A DNA stretch of 63,683 nucleotides, from the NCBI GenBank assembly GCA_046757665.1, contig JBHHYO010000009.1, positions 1 through 63,683 of the forward strand, read 5' to 3'. This document shows, piece by piece, positions 1 to 9,536 of the stretch. Below the pieces are notes generated by a model. It searched no databases. It was not told the DNA's origin and saw nothing but the letters and a program-made list of their open reading frames with translations. The position numbers and the translations under genes were made by a program. The stretch's first letter is position 1. Each line of letters begins with the position of its first letter. Origin of the DNA: Nitrospinales bacterium (lineage in GTDB: Bacteria > Nitrospinota > Nitrospinia > Nitrospinales > JAJDAT01).

Positions 1-96
1 GACACCTCCCCCTCCTTGTCTTTCAATCCGCCGGATTCACGGGCGTTGCGCGGTCGCATCCCTGCATTTCACGCTATATATAAGGGGATAAAAATC

Positions 97-124
97 GGAG
101 ACTGGAGACGGGAGGCTGGAGACG
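97..124 (+). repeat. Heptamer tandem repeat
   Basis: GGAGACT GGAGACG GGAGGCT GGAGACG. Confidence 0.75.
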
Positions 125-131
125 GTCAATG

Positions 132-158
132 GTCACGCTTCGACGGGCTCAGCGTGAC
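132..158. repeat. REP-like hairpin (TTCGACNNGCYCA core)
   Basis: GTCACGCT-TCGACGGGCTC-AGCGTGAC; related copies at 645-673, 20672-20698, ~303-325 and ~21714-21737. Confidence 0.75.
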
Positions 159-737
159 GGGGAGTCGGAAAAAACGGAGATCGGAGACCGGGAAAAAACG
201 GGAACCGCAAAGGCGCCAAGGGCGCAAAGAAAAATCCCCCCAGCCCCCTTCCAGAAGAAGGAGTAAATTTCAAATGGGGTTTTTCCGTGTTCATCTGTGT
301 GTCCTTCGACAGACTCAGGGCAGGCATCGGTGGTTCAACTTTTTTGCCTTTCTTTGCGGCTTTTGGTGATTTCGGTATGGTAAATTTTAATCTTCAAAAC
401 GCGGGCTTCGACATGCCAAAACCAGTTCTTACAAGTCGTTTTAAATCATGCGGATACAGGACAAAATGCGATCCGGTTTTTGGGGCGTTTTGCCGCGAAA
501 ATCGTTCATTTTTTACCTGACCGGCAACCGAAGAAACGGCTTGTGGCGCAAGGGGTTGGCGGGTTTGCTACCTGACGTTTCGACTATTTCGTTCCTCGTT
601 TTTCAAAAAATTTTTTTTCGGAAAAAACGGCTACGGTCAGGCGCTGTCACGGTTCGACGGGCTCACCATGACAGGAATGCGGGCGGGGCCGGTCAGGTAT
701 GGCGGTTTTTTGCGCGGCCCGCCTGGTCGCGGGGTTT

Positions 738-3233
738 TTACAAATCCCGATGTCCTCGGACATGATGGGTGTAGCCGTCGGTGGTGATGGTGATGGCGCC
801 GTCGAGGTCGGTGCGCCACACGGTTGCGCCGAAATCCGTGTAGCGTTGCACAACCCGGGGGTCGGGGTGGTGGAACGGGTTGTGGTAGCCGCTGGAGAAA
901 AACACCGTCCTGGGGCGGACGGCTTTGATGAATGCTTCGGTATTGGAAAACCGGCTTCCATGGTGCGGCGCTTTGAGAAAATCGGCGCGCAGGGCCGCCC
1001 GGTTTTCGATGAGATAACGCTCCTCGCCGGCTCCGATGTCGGCGGCAAACAACATGCTGAACTCCCGGTAGTCCAGCCGCAGTACCGTCGATAGCGTGTT
1101 GCTGACGCGGGTTTGCCCGTTTTGTTTTTCCCGGCGGGCGTAATCGGTGTTGGGGTGAAGCGGCGTGATTTGTACTTCTCCCACGCGAATCGGCCGTCCC
1201 GGTTGCAGGGTAATCGGCTCGGCGTTGCGCGCCAGGGCCTTGCGGCGGAACGTGGTCAAGCGGGCGTCGCCGATTCCCGTGTCCCGGTAGAGCAGGTGGC
1301 CGACCGGCATCAGGTCGAGCAGGGATTCCAGGCCGTCGATGTGGTCGTCGTCCGAGTGGGTCGCCGCCATGTAGTCGATTTTGCCGACGCCGCGGTTCCA
1401 CAGCGTCGGGGCGACGACGAAGCGTCCCACGTCGAAACTATCGCCGAAAAATCCGCCGCCGTCGATCAACAGGGTTTGATGGTTGGGAAATTCGATGAAG
1501 ATCGACTCGCCGCCGCCGACATCCAGAATGGAGACGGAGAGTTTTTCCGAGGGCCATTGCGGAAACCGCGGCCAGACCATCCATGTGACAACCCACAGGC
1601 CGGCGGCCATCAAGCCGTATGCCGCGGGCTTGAGCCAGGGCGGCGGAGGCGTCTCCGGTTGCCTTTGGTTCTCCCGGTATTTGTGGAGCCAGTAAACCGC
1701 GCCGAACAAGGTCGCATAATACAAGGCAAACCAGAGGTGCGGCGGCGTGGCGAGAAATACGGAAGCGTAGGGCAGTGAGGCGAAAAAATGCGGCACGATA
1801 AGAAAAATCTTCAGTAATACGGAAATGACCGGCATGAACGGCGCCGCCAGGGGTTGCCAGAGCAGGCCCAGCGCGAGCGCCAGAAGGGCCAGGGGAATCA
1901 GCGCCATCGCAAAGGGCACAATCACGATGTTCAGGAAAAATCCGACGAGGCTGACGCGGTTGAAATGAATCAGCAAAATGGGCAGTACGCCCAGGTTGGC
2001 GGCCAGGGTGACCCATACGGTGGTTTTCAGGTATTTCTCATACCAACCGGGTTTCCTCATGCGGTCGATGGCGTCCTTTTTTTGCTTGCGGATGAAATGG
2101 AGGGCAAACAAAATGCTGAACACCGCCATGAACGACAACTGAAACCCGACGTCCGGAATGGCTCTGGGGTTCCACGACAACACGGCGAATGCCGCCAGCA
2201 GAAGCGCGTTGAACAACCGGTGACCCCGGTCGACCAGGATCGCCAGCAGGAAAACGAAAATCATGATTCCGGCGCGCAGGGCGGAAACTTTTGCTCCGAC
2301 GAGGATTCCATAGAACGAGAGCGGCAACAGGGTGAAGAGGATGGCGGCCTTCCGGGCTTTCCCGGCCCGCGCCGCCGACGGAAAATAGCGGCAGAAGAAA
2401 GAAAACAAAAGGGGGTAAGCAACAAGGTAAGAGGCGAGGGAAACAAAGCCGATATGCAGTCCCGAAACCGCCATCAGGTGGGCGATGCCGGCGGCGCGGT
2501 AATCTTCCTTGATGTCGTCCGGCAGTGTCTGTTTTTCCCCCAGGAGCATGGCCTTCAGCAAACCGGCTTTCCGCGGGCTCAAATGGCGGTCGATCGTGCG
2601 AAACATGTTTTCCCGGGCGGCGTGGCGCAAGGTGACAAAGGCGGACAGGGGAACGGCGCCGATTTTCTCCACGGATTCGGGTTTGGAAACGTTGCCGATG
2701 ACGCTGATTCCCCTCGATTCCAGATAGCGGATGTAGTCGAAGCGGCCGGGATTTTTGAAGTTTCGCGGACGTTTCAACCGCACGTTGTGGATGCGTAGCA
2801 AGTCGCCCGGGCGCAGGAAGTTTGCCGCGGAATATAAAACGATCCTGGCGCGGCCGCTGACAGGGACCGCGGCGCTTTCGCGATAACGGATTTTCGCCAG
2901 CTCGATGACGTAATGCGTCTGCCGGGGAGGTTTTTGGGTAACCGTGAGGAGATGCCCGGTGACCTCCGCCCGCCGGCCGTCCTGCAAGTGGAGCAGAATA
3001 TGGTCGTCCGGCCGAAAATGCTCCGGCAGGCCGGGCGCCAGGCAACCGAGGCCGAACAAGCCGGTTAACAAGGCCCAACTCACGGGCCGATTCTTTTTGC
3101 GCCGGGCGATTAAGGCGATTGCGGTGATGGTGAGGACAAGGGTGGGACAGGGAAACAGGAAGTGCCTGGAGGCGGGGAGCGTGGTTAATATCCCGCCGGC
3201 GTAAACCAGGAAAAAAGGAAGCAGGGAACCCAT
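738..3233 (-). CDS. comEC: DNA internalization competence protein ComEC/Rec2
   Basis: DUF4131-like N-terminus (RNFKNPGRFDY), Competence domain (HLMAVSGLHIG), metallo-beta-lactamase C-terminus (LDVGGGES, THSDDDHIDG, PHHGS, NPFHHP). Confidence 0.95.
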   Translation of the reverse strand: MGSLLPFFLVYAGGILTTLPASRHFLFPCPTLVLTITAIALIARRKKNRPVSWALLTGLFGLGCLAPGLPEHFRPDDHILLHLQDGRRAEVTGHLLTVTQKPPRQTHYVIELAKIRYRESAAVPVSGRARIVLYSAANFLRPGDLLRIHNVRLKRPRNFKNPGRFDYIRYLESRGISVIGNVSKPESVEKIGAVPLSAFVTLRHAARENMFRTIDRHLSPRKAGLLKAMLLGEKQTLPDDIKEDYRAAGIAHLMAVSGLHIGFVSLASYLVAYPLLFSFFCRYFPSAARAGKARKAAILFTLLPLSFYGILVGAKVSALRAGIMIFVFLLAILVDRGHRLFNALLLAAFAVLSWNPRAIPDVGFQLSFMAVFSILFALHFIRKQKKDAIDRMRKPGWYEKYLKTTVWVTLAANLGVLPILLIHFNRVSLVGFFLNIVIVPFAMALIPLALLALALGLLWQPLAAPFMPVISVLLKIFLIVPHFFASLPYASVFLATPPHLWFALYYATLFGAVYWLHKYRENQRQPETPPPPWLKPAAYGLMAAGLWVVTWMVWPRFPQWPSEKLSVSILDVGGGESIFIEFPNHQTLLIDGGGFFGDSFDVGRFVVAPTLWNRGVGKIDYMAATHSDDDHIDGLESLLDLMPVGHLLYRDTGIGDARLTTFRRKALARNAEPITLQPGRPIRVGEVQITPLHPNTDYARREKQNGQTRVSNTLSTVLRLDYREFSMLFAADIGAGEERYLIENRAALRADFLKAPHHGSRFSNTEAFIKAVRPRTVFFSSGYHNPFHHPDPRVVQRYTDFGATVWRTDLDGAITITTDGYTHHVRGHRDL

Positions 3234-3364
3234 TTTGCCTGACCCGTGGACGTTTGCGGTTGCTGTTGCCGGAATTTAATCTAGCACAACGGGAAAGACG
3301 TGTGTCGGTTTATTGAGGGAAAAGAAGTTGTTGCGAAAGCAGTGGGCGGAAAATCCGGGCGGGA

Positions 3365-3898
3365 TCAATCCATCAGCACCAGGCCGATGGGATGCGTTGT
3401 CGCGCAATGGTCCATGGCCTTTTCCGAAATCCAGCCGTTGTTGAAAATGGTTTTGGGAATGTCCACCCCAAAGGCGCGGAGAGTCGGGCGGGCCTGGGCG
3501 GGGAATTTGCAACCGGTTTCGATGGTGCATTCCTCGCACAGGTCGCAGGCCGTCGCGCAAAGGCCGAAAGCTTTGTAATAACCTTTGTCCTTCAAGCTGT
3601 CCTCAAGGCGGACGACGATCCCCCGCACCTGTTTGCAGTCGGGGGCTTTAATCAGAATGGCTTTTTCGTAGTCCCGCAACAGTTCCGAAACTTCGTCCGG
3701 AACCGGCGTGAAGGGCGGGCAGGTGAGCCGGGTTCCAAAATGGGGGCAACCGAACTGGCACTGGGTTTTAAGCCAATGGGCCAGGGAAATGGTTTTCGTC
3801 TGGATGACTTTTGCCTGGAGGCAACCCAGCTCCAGCGCCTCCTGAATCATTTCCTGATTGGTGCGGATATCTTTTGGAAGTTCTCTTAAGTTCGGCAC
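3365..3898 (-). CDS. DUF2284-type predicted metal-binding protein
   Basis: CQFGCPHFG...TCPP and CDLCEEC...CKFP...RPTLRAFGVDI motifs. Confidence 0.8.
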   Translation of the reverse strand: MPNLRELPKDIRTNQEMIQEALELGCLQAKVIQTKTISLAHWLKTQCQFGCPHFGTRLTCPPFTPVPDEVSELLRDYEKAILIKAPDCKQVRGIVVRLEDSLKDKGYYKAFGLCATACDLCEECTIETGCKFPAQARPTLRAFGVDIPKTIFNNGWISEKAMDHCATTHPIGLVLMD

Positions 3899-4150
3899 AA
3901 GTTACCTGAAAGCTTAATCTGGAATCGTCTAACAGGAAACAGGAAAGCCGGTTCAAGGTCAAGCACTATGTAGGAATTTTCCTATTTTGTTTATCAGAAA
4001 AATTGAAGCGTGCGGACGTTTTTTCGGATGCGTTCGAGGCTTTTATGATAACCTCTTGAATTATATTGCGCTTACTTGCTTTTTTACGGGCCGCGGCTCC
4101 TTGAATAACCGCACACCGATTACAAAAAAAACATCTTCGGAATCTTCAGG

Positions 4151-4879
4151 ATGAGCTTTCCTTTCCAAGCCGTTTTGTTTGACTGGTCCTACACCCTGGT
4201 GGACCTGGTTAAGGAAGACGATGCCGCCGCGTTTCGCAAGCTGATAGATTTTATGCGGAAGAAAGGCCTGCAAGCCCCGGATGTCGAAACGTTTTTCCCG
4301 GCGTATCGGGAACTGTTTGAAGCGATGATACGGCTTTCCCGCCAGACGCACCGGGAGGCTTGTTTCGAGCATGTCTTGAATTACTTTCTATTGCAGTGGC
4401 GAATCGACCTTGCCGGCAAAACCACGGTAAAAGAACTTTTAACCGTTTATTACCGGGAGATTTACGCGCCGCGCAAGCTTTTCCCGGATGTTCTGCCGGT
4501 CCTGCAATCCCTGCAGGCCCAGGGAACGAGGATGGGAGTCGTCTCCAACACCACCAATCCGGGGTTCATGAAAGATTTCGAGCGGCGTTGGCTGGGGCTG
4601 GATTCTTTTTTTGAATTTTCCATTTATTCTTCGCAGATGCCCTATCGCAAGCCGCATCCTTCTATTTTTAAGTTGGCCGTCAAGCGGTTGGGCCTGTCGC
4701 CCGGCGACATTCTGTTTGTCGGCGACAGTCCGGAAACAGACGTGGTGGGGCCGAGGGCGGTGGGAATGCCGGTGGCGTGGCTCAACAGAGAAAAGGTTGC
4801 CCCGGCCGATGGCATTGATCCCGACTATGAGATCAATTCCCTGACCGAACTGCCGGCCATCACGGTTTCCGTGCCGTAG
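4151..4879 (+). CDS. HAD-superfamily hydrolase (subfamily IA)
   Basis: LFDWSYTL (motif I variant), VSN, RKPHPSIF, FVGDSPETDVVG. Confidence 0.9.
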   Translation: MSFPFQAVLFDWSYTLVDLVKEDDAAAFRKLIDFMRKKGLQAPDVETFFPAYRELFEAMIRLSRQTHREACFEHVLNYFLLQWRIDLAGKTTVKELLTVYYREIYAPRKLFPDVLPVLQSLQAQGTRMGVVSNTTNPGFMKDFERRWLGLDSFFEFSIYSSQMPYRKPHPSIFKLAVKRLGLSPGDILFVGDSPETDVVGPRAVGMPVAWLNREKVAPADGIDPDYEINSLTELPAITVSVP

Positions 4880-4881
4880 CC

Positions 4882-5637
4882 ATGAAAAATCCGCCGCGCT
4901 TTTTCGTGCCTCCGGAACATATTTCCAACGACCGGGTCGCCGTGCGCGGTTCGGACGTGGCGCACATCCGCACCGTCTTGCGGCTTAAGCCGGGGGACGA
5001 TATTCACGTTTTCGATGGCCGGGGGGTTCTCTATACCGTGCGGCTCGACGCCGTGCGCTCCAGGGAGGCGGCAGGCGCCATCGTTGCCAGAACAAAAATT
5101 CAAACCGAACCCCTGGTAGCCATCACCTTGGGCCAGGCGGTTCTTAAAGGAAACAAATTCGACGGCGTAATCCGCAAGGCGGTGGAGCTGGGGGTTGGTT
5201 GCATCGTGCCCTTGCAGACCGAGAGGACGGTCGTTAAAATTTCCGAGGCCGACCGGGTGAAAAAGCATCGGCGCTGGCAAAAAATCGCCGCCGAGGCTTC
5301 CAAGCAATGCGGACGCGGCATGGTCCCCACAGTCGGCGAAGCCGCGCTTTCCATCGAACGGTTTTGCATCGACTGCCAAGGCCATGGACTGAAGCTGGCG
5401 TTCTGGGAAAATGAGGAACACACCCGGTTGCGGGATTTGTCCGCCGCCGCGCCCGACGCACTCAAAGACGGCATCGCCTGTCTGGTCGGGCCGGAAGGCG
5501 GGTTGACCCTGGCGGAAGTCGAAACCGCGCGCGCCCACGGGTTCCGGTGCGTAACGCTTGGCCCGCGAAAGCTGAGGGCGGAAACGGCATCCGTTGCCGT
5601 GCTGTCCATCATACAAAATCTGTGGGGAGATTTTTAG
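4882..5637 (+). CDS. rsmE: 16S rRNA m3U1498 methyltransferase
   Basis: HIRTVLRLKPGD, KAVELGV, EASKQCGR, VGPEGG, LGPRKLRAETA. Confidence 0.96.
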   Translation: MKNPPRFFVPPEHISNDRVAVRGSDVAHIRTVLRLKPGDDIHVFDGRGVLYTVRLDAVRSREAAGAIVARTKIQTEPLVAITLGQAVLKGNKFDGVIRKAVELGVGCIVPLQTERTVVKISEADRVKKHRRWQKIAAEASKQCGRGMVPTVGEAALSIERFCIDCQGHGLKLAFWENEEHTRLRDLSAAAPDALKDGIACLVGPEGGLTLAEVETARAHGFRCVTLGPRKLRAETASVAVLSIIQNLWGDF

Positions 5638-5696
5638 CGCCTTGCATGATATGCTCGCGGGATAAAATCGTTAACCGTCAACTAGCAACGGTCACC

Positions 5697-6470
5697 ATGC
5701 AATATCAGTTCAAACTCGACGTCTTCGAAGGGCCGCTGGACCTGCTCCTCCACCTGATCAGGGAGCAGAAAATGGATCTTTACGACATCCCCATCGCCGA
5801 GATCACCCGTCAGTACCTGGATTATCTTAATCTCATGAAGGAGCTGAACCTGGAAATCGCCGGGGAGTATCTTGTCATGGCGGCGGAAATGACGCGCATC
5901 AAATCCAGAATACTTCTGCCTCGGGAGGAAGTCGCCGACGAGCCGGAGCAAGAAGGCGAAGACCCCCGGCAGGCATTGATGCAACGATTGCAGGAATACC
6001 AACGTTACAAGGACGCGGCTTTTGAATTGCGCAAGCGGGAGCTCGACCGGCAACAAGTGTTCTCCCGCTCCGCCCCTCTCGACTTGCCGGACGAGCCGGG
6101 CGGCGACCTCATCGACGCCAATGTGTTCGATCTGTTGTCCGCCTTCCAGAAAGTTTTGAAGGGCAAATCCTTTGCCGAGGATTATGAAATCAAAGTTACC
6201 GTTATATCCGTCGCGGAAAAAATGAAGGAGATTCTGGAAATCCTGAACGCCTCGGAAAGCGTGACCTTCAATTCATTGTTTACCGACTTGAGTTCCAGGC
6301 TGGAGGTGATCGCCGCCTTTCTGGCTCTGCTGGAACTGATTCGCATGAAGCTCATCCGCTCGCAACAAGCCGGCGGGTTTGAAACTATCCGCATTTATCT
6401 GGTGGGCGACCACGAAACCCAACAGGAAGCCCTGAGACGATACAAGGAATCCAATCCCGACGCCACGTGA
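5697..6470 (+). CDS. scpA: Segregation and condensation protein A (SMC kleisin)
   Basis: FEGPLDLLLHLI...DIPIAEITRQYL, KSRILLP, FLALLEL; start set at ATG 5697. Confidence 0.95.
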   Translation: MQYQFKLDVFEGPLDLLLHLIREQKMDLYDIPIAEITRQYLDYLNLMKELNLEIAGEYLVMAAEMTRIKSRILLPREEVADEPEQEGEDPRQALMQRLQEYQRYKDAAFELRKRELDRQQVFSRSAPLDLPDEPGGDLIDANVFDLLSAFQKVLKGKSFAEDYEIKVTVISVAEKMKEILEILNASESVTFNSLFTDLSSRLEVIAAFLALLELIRMKLIRSQQAGGFETIRIYLVGDHETQQEALRRYKESNPDAT

Positions 6471-6498
6471 TCCTTGTGGGGTCAAAACTTTTTTCAAA

Positions 6499-6930
6499 AT
6501 GGGTTTGATGAGCGCCGGGCGGTGGGAGCATTTCAACCATGGGGCGGATATCGGGGTGCGCGGGATTGGCGCGACCCGGAGCGCGGCGTTCGAGCAGGCG
6601 GCGCTGGCGTTGACGGCCGTCGTCACCGATCCGCCGAGCGTCGCGAGCGACCGGGAAATCCTCATCAAATGCGAGGCGCCTGACGACGACTTGTTGCTTG
6701 TCGAATGGCTGAATGCGTTGATCTACGAGATGGCGGTTCAGCGCATGTTGTTCGGACGGTTTCAGGTCAACCTTGACGGCGGGTCGCTGAGCGCCCATAT
6801 TTGGGGTGAACCGGTTGATGTCGAAAAACACCGGCCCCGCGTGGAAGTCAAGGGCGCGACGTTTACCGAATTGCGGGTCCGGCAAACCCCGGACGGATGC
6901 TGGTCCGCCCAGTGCGTGGTGGATGTTTGA
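6499..6930 (+). CDS. Archease (RtcB activator)
   Basis: HGADIG, WLNALIY, EVKGAT, C-terminal VDV; directly upstream of rtcB. Start could be 6508. Confidence 0.92.
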   Translation: MGLMSAGRWEHFNHGADIGVRGIGATRSAAFEQAALALTAVVTDPPSVASDREILIKCEAPDDDLLLVEWLNALIYEMAVQRMLFGRFQVNLDGGSLSAHIWGEPVDVEKHRPRVEVKGATFTELRVRQTPDGCWSAQCVVDV

Positions 6931-6951
6931 ACCTTGAGAGTTGGGAAGATC

Positions 6952-8382
6952 ATGGACTTGTCTTTGTTAAAACGGCACTCCGAGTACGAATGGCGCGTGG
7001 AGCCTTTCGGCGACATGCGCGTGCCGGGCGTCATCTTTGCCGATGAAGACCTGATCCGCGAAATGGATCACAAGGTGTACGAGCAGGTCGTCAATGTCGC
7101 GGCCCTGCCGGGGATCCAGAAAGCCTCCTTCGCCATGCCGGACGCGCACTGGGGATACGGGTTTCCCATCGGCGGCGTGGCGGCTTTCGATGCCGGCCAG
7201 GGCGGCGTTATTTCCGCCGGCGGGGTGGGTTTCGACATCTCCTGCGGCGTCCGCACCCTGCATACGGGGTTGGCGAAGGAAGATATTCCGCCGATTAAGA
7301 ACCGTCTGGCGGAGGTTTTGTTCGCAAAAGTTCCGGCGGGTGTCGGTAGCCGGGGCCGTATTCGCCTGAGCCACCGGGAACTGGACGACATGCTGGCGGG
7401 CGGGGCGCGCTGGGCCGTCGAACGCGGTTATGGCTCCAAAAACGACTTGCGCCGCACCGAGGAAAACGGTTGCATGAAGGACGCGGTTCCCGGCGACGTG
7501 TCCGACAAGGCCAAGAAACGCCAGCGCGATGAAATGGGCACCCTGGGGTCCGGCAATCATTATCTGGAAATTCAGGAAGTCGTCGAAGTTTACGACGCGG
7601 ACATCGCCGGCGCTTACGGGATCGGGCGGGGCGACGTTGTGATCAGCATCCACTGCGGCTCGCGGGGGTTGGGACACCAGATCGGCACGGAGTTTTTGAA
7701 AACCATGGTCATGGCGGCCCGCGGTTACGGGATCAAGCTCCCCGAACGCGAGCTGGCCTGCGCGCCCATCGACTCGCCGCTCGGCCAGAGTTATCTTGGC
7801 GCCATGCGGGCGGGCATGAATTGCGCCATGGCCAACCGCCAGATCATCACTCATCTGGTGCGGGAGGCGTTTGCCGAAGTCGTGCCGCGCGCCGACCTGC
7901 CCCTGCTTTACGACGTCTCCCACAACACCTGCAAGATGGAAGAGCACGACGTGGACGGCGTTCGCCGCAAACTCTTCGTGCATCGCAAGGGCGCGACCCG
8001 CGCCTTTGGCCCCGGCCACCCGGACATTCCGGAGGATTTGCGGAATGCTGGCCAGCCGGTTTTGATCGGCGGAACCATGGGCACGGCGTCCTACGTTCTT
8101 GCCGGTACGCGGCAAAGCATGAACCTGGCGTTTGGCTCGGCGGTGCATGGCGCCGGGCGCAGTATGAGCCGCAGGCAGGCCGGCAAAAACTGGAACGGCC
8201 GGCAGGTCGTCGATCAATTGGCGGAACGGGGAATTTTGATCCGTAGCCTTTCGCAACGCGGCATCGCCGAGGAGGCGCCGAAAGCTTACAAGGATGTCGG
8301 CGCCGTGGTCGACGCGGCGCACCGTTCCCGCCTCGCCCGCAAGGTGGCGAAACTGCAACCGATGATTTGCGTCAAGGGGTGA
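6952..8382 (+). CDS. rtcB: RtcB RNA ligase (archaeal/archease-associated type)
   Basis: MPDAHWGYGFPIGG, GFDISCG, GTLGSGNHYLE, HCGSRG, HRKGAT, HGAGR, EEAPKAYKD, terminal VKG. Confidence 0.97.
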   Translation: MDLSLLKRHSEYEWRVEPFGDMRVPGVIFADEDLIREMDHKVYEQVVNVAALPGIQKASFAMPDAHWGYGFPIGGVAAFDAGQGGVISAGGVGFDISCGVRTLHTGLAKEDIPPIKNRLAEVLFAKVPAGVGSRGRIRLSHRELDDMLAGGARWAVERGYGSKNDLRRTEENGCMKDAVPGDVSDKAKKRQRDEMGTLGSGNHYLEIQEVVEVYDADIAGAYGIGRGDVVISIHCGSRGLGHQIGTEFLKTMVMAARGYGIKLPERELACAPIDSPLGQSYLGAMRAGMNCAMANRQIITHLVREAFAEVVPRADLPLLYDVSHNTCKMEEHDVDGVRRKLFVHRKGATRAFGPGHPDIPEDLRNAGQPVLIGGTMGTASYVLAGTRQSMNLAFGSAVHGAGRSMSRRQAGKNWNGRQVVDQLAERGILIRSLSQRGIAEEAPKAYKDVGAVVDAAHRSRLARKVAKLQPMICVKG

Positions 8383-9487
8383 GTTGTTGTCCCGCGGGTT
8401 TCGGGTCTCTGTTTTCCGTTTCGAGGAGGATGCGCGCCAGGTTGCGCCCTGCCTCGCCGGCCGCCTGGGTGAGGGCGTTGAGCGCCGCCGTTGTTTTGTC
8501 CGGGCCGAACGCCTTGGTTTTGAACGGCGCGGTGCCGATGATCCGGCGGTCGGATTTCCGCAGGGCCGACAACTGGCCTTCCGCATAGAAAACGTAGTTG
8601 TTGAGGGCGAAGCCGCTTTCCAGTGCCGACACTTCGCCGGATATTTCGATGGCGGCATCCTCGCGGTTTCTTTTGAAACCGTCTTGTTCCAGGGCCGCCG
8701 CCAGTCCGGCGATAAAGGCTCGTTCCGCGCCTTCCGGGCCGATGACCTTTATGGACAGAGCCAACTGCCGGGCCGCAGTGGAGGCGCTTTGATGCGCCGT
8801 TTGCAACAGCGACAGCAAGTCGCGCGTGTTGTTCACGCCGTCCCGGTTCAGGAGCGCAAGGTCGTCCAGCTCCTTGAGGATGTCCAGGGCTTGTTTGTAA
8901 AAATCCGCGGCCTGGTGGTAGCTCTTTTGGCTTTCCGTCTCCCGGCCGCGGAGATAAAGATCGTAGGCCGCGTTGGCCCGGGCGGACTTTTCGCGCTCCC
9001 GGCGGGCGAGTTCCCGGCCGATTTGTGATTTCGGCATTTTGACGAGCACGTACACATCGTATCGGCCGTCGTTCTTTTCGGCGAACCAGTCCTCGACGTT
9101 TGCTCCTTGCACTCGCGCCTTGCTTTTGGCCTTGATTTGCAGTTTGAGGTTCTGCTCGGTTTCGGTGATGTTTTGCTCCGACACCGAATCGATTTTCGTG
9201 CCCAGGTAGTTGGCGATTTTCCCCATGGCGCTTTTTATGGCCGCATCCTGTCCCTGGTCCAGGGATTCGGCGGCGGTGTTCATGCCCACGAAATAAAGGT
9301 TCGCCGGGTCCCCGGGAGGGTTCATGATCCAGTCCGGCTTGGCGGCGCTCGAACTCAAGGCGGAAAAGGAGAAAGCGCCGCCGCCAGACGATTTGCTCCA
9401 GGCCGGTTTGTGGGCGCAGGCCGGCGGAACCAGAAGCAGAAACGCCGCGAGAATGTTGACCGATGGCTGATTGAAAAGTTTTTTCAT
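8372..9487 (-). CDS. Putative lipoprotein with LPP20-like domain and a TPR-like helix
   Basis: Signal peptide ending PPAC; KPDWI...YFVG...A..DA..SA..KIA motif; last gene of the lipoprotein operon. Confidence 0.65.
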   Translation of the reverse strand: MKKLFNQPSVNILAAFLLLVPPACAHKPAWSKSSGGGAFSFSALSSSAAKPDWIMNPPGDPANLYFVGMNTAAESLDQGQDAAIKSAMGKIANYLGTKIDSVSEQNITETEQNLKLQIKAKSKARVQGANVEDWFAEKNDGRYDVYVLVKMPKSQIGRELARREREKSARANAAYDLYLRGRETESQKSYHQAADFYKQALDILKELDDLALLNRDGVNNTRDLLSLLQTAHQSASTAARQLALSIKVIGPEGAERAFIAGLAAALEQDGFKRNREDAAIEISGEVSALESGFALNNYVFYAEGQLSALRKSDRRIIGTAPFKTKAFGPDKTTAALNALTQAAGEAGRNLARILLETENRDPKPAGQQLTP

Positions 9488-9536
9488 CTTCTCTCACCTC
9501 GGCCTTCTTTCCCATGGAGGGAAGAGAACCCGATGT

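Larger units (their letters stand above)
2..699. repeat. Dispersed non-coding modular element, copy 1 (may continue off the left edge)
   Basis: Positions 2-100 match the reverse complement of 20768-20866, 364-642 match that of 20349-20626, and 675-699 match that of 20250-20272. The spacers between blocks differ and are REP-rich. No credible ORF. Confidence 0.9.

Noticed and set aside
16-60. CRISPR repeat-like end (minus strand GGATTGAAAG; GTTGAAAG at 20841) with block B as a possible leader
   Set aside because: No repeat-spacer periodicity, sequence on both sides of the motif is conserved between the two copies, and there are no cas genes in the window. An array beyond the left edge cannot be excluded.
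287-520. Short ORFs with similar translations in the two repeat copies (287-520 and 20416-20676)
   Set aside because: Starts, stops and frames differ between copies; the similarity only reflects the DNA repeat.
6967-8658. Long antisense or alternative-frame ORFs (also 25230-26375, 52397-53485, 62027-63541)
   Set aside because: Shadow ORFs of well-supported GC-rich genes with no recognisable motifs.
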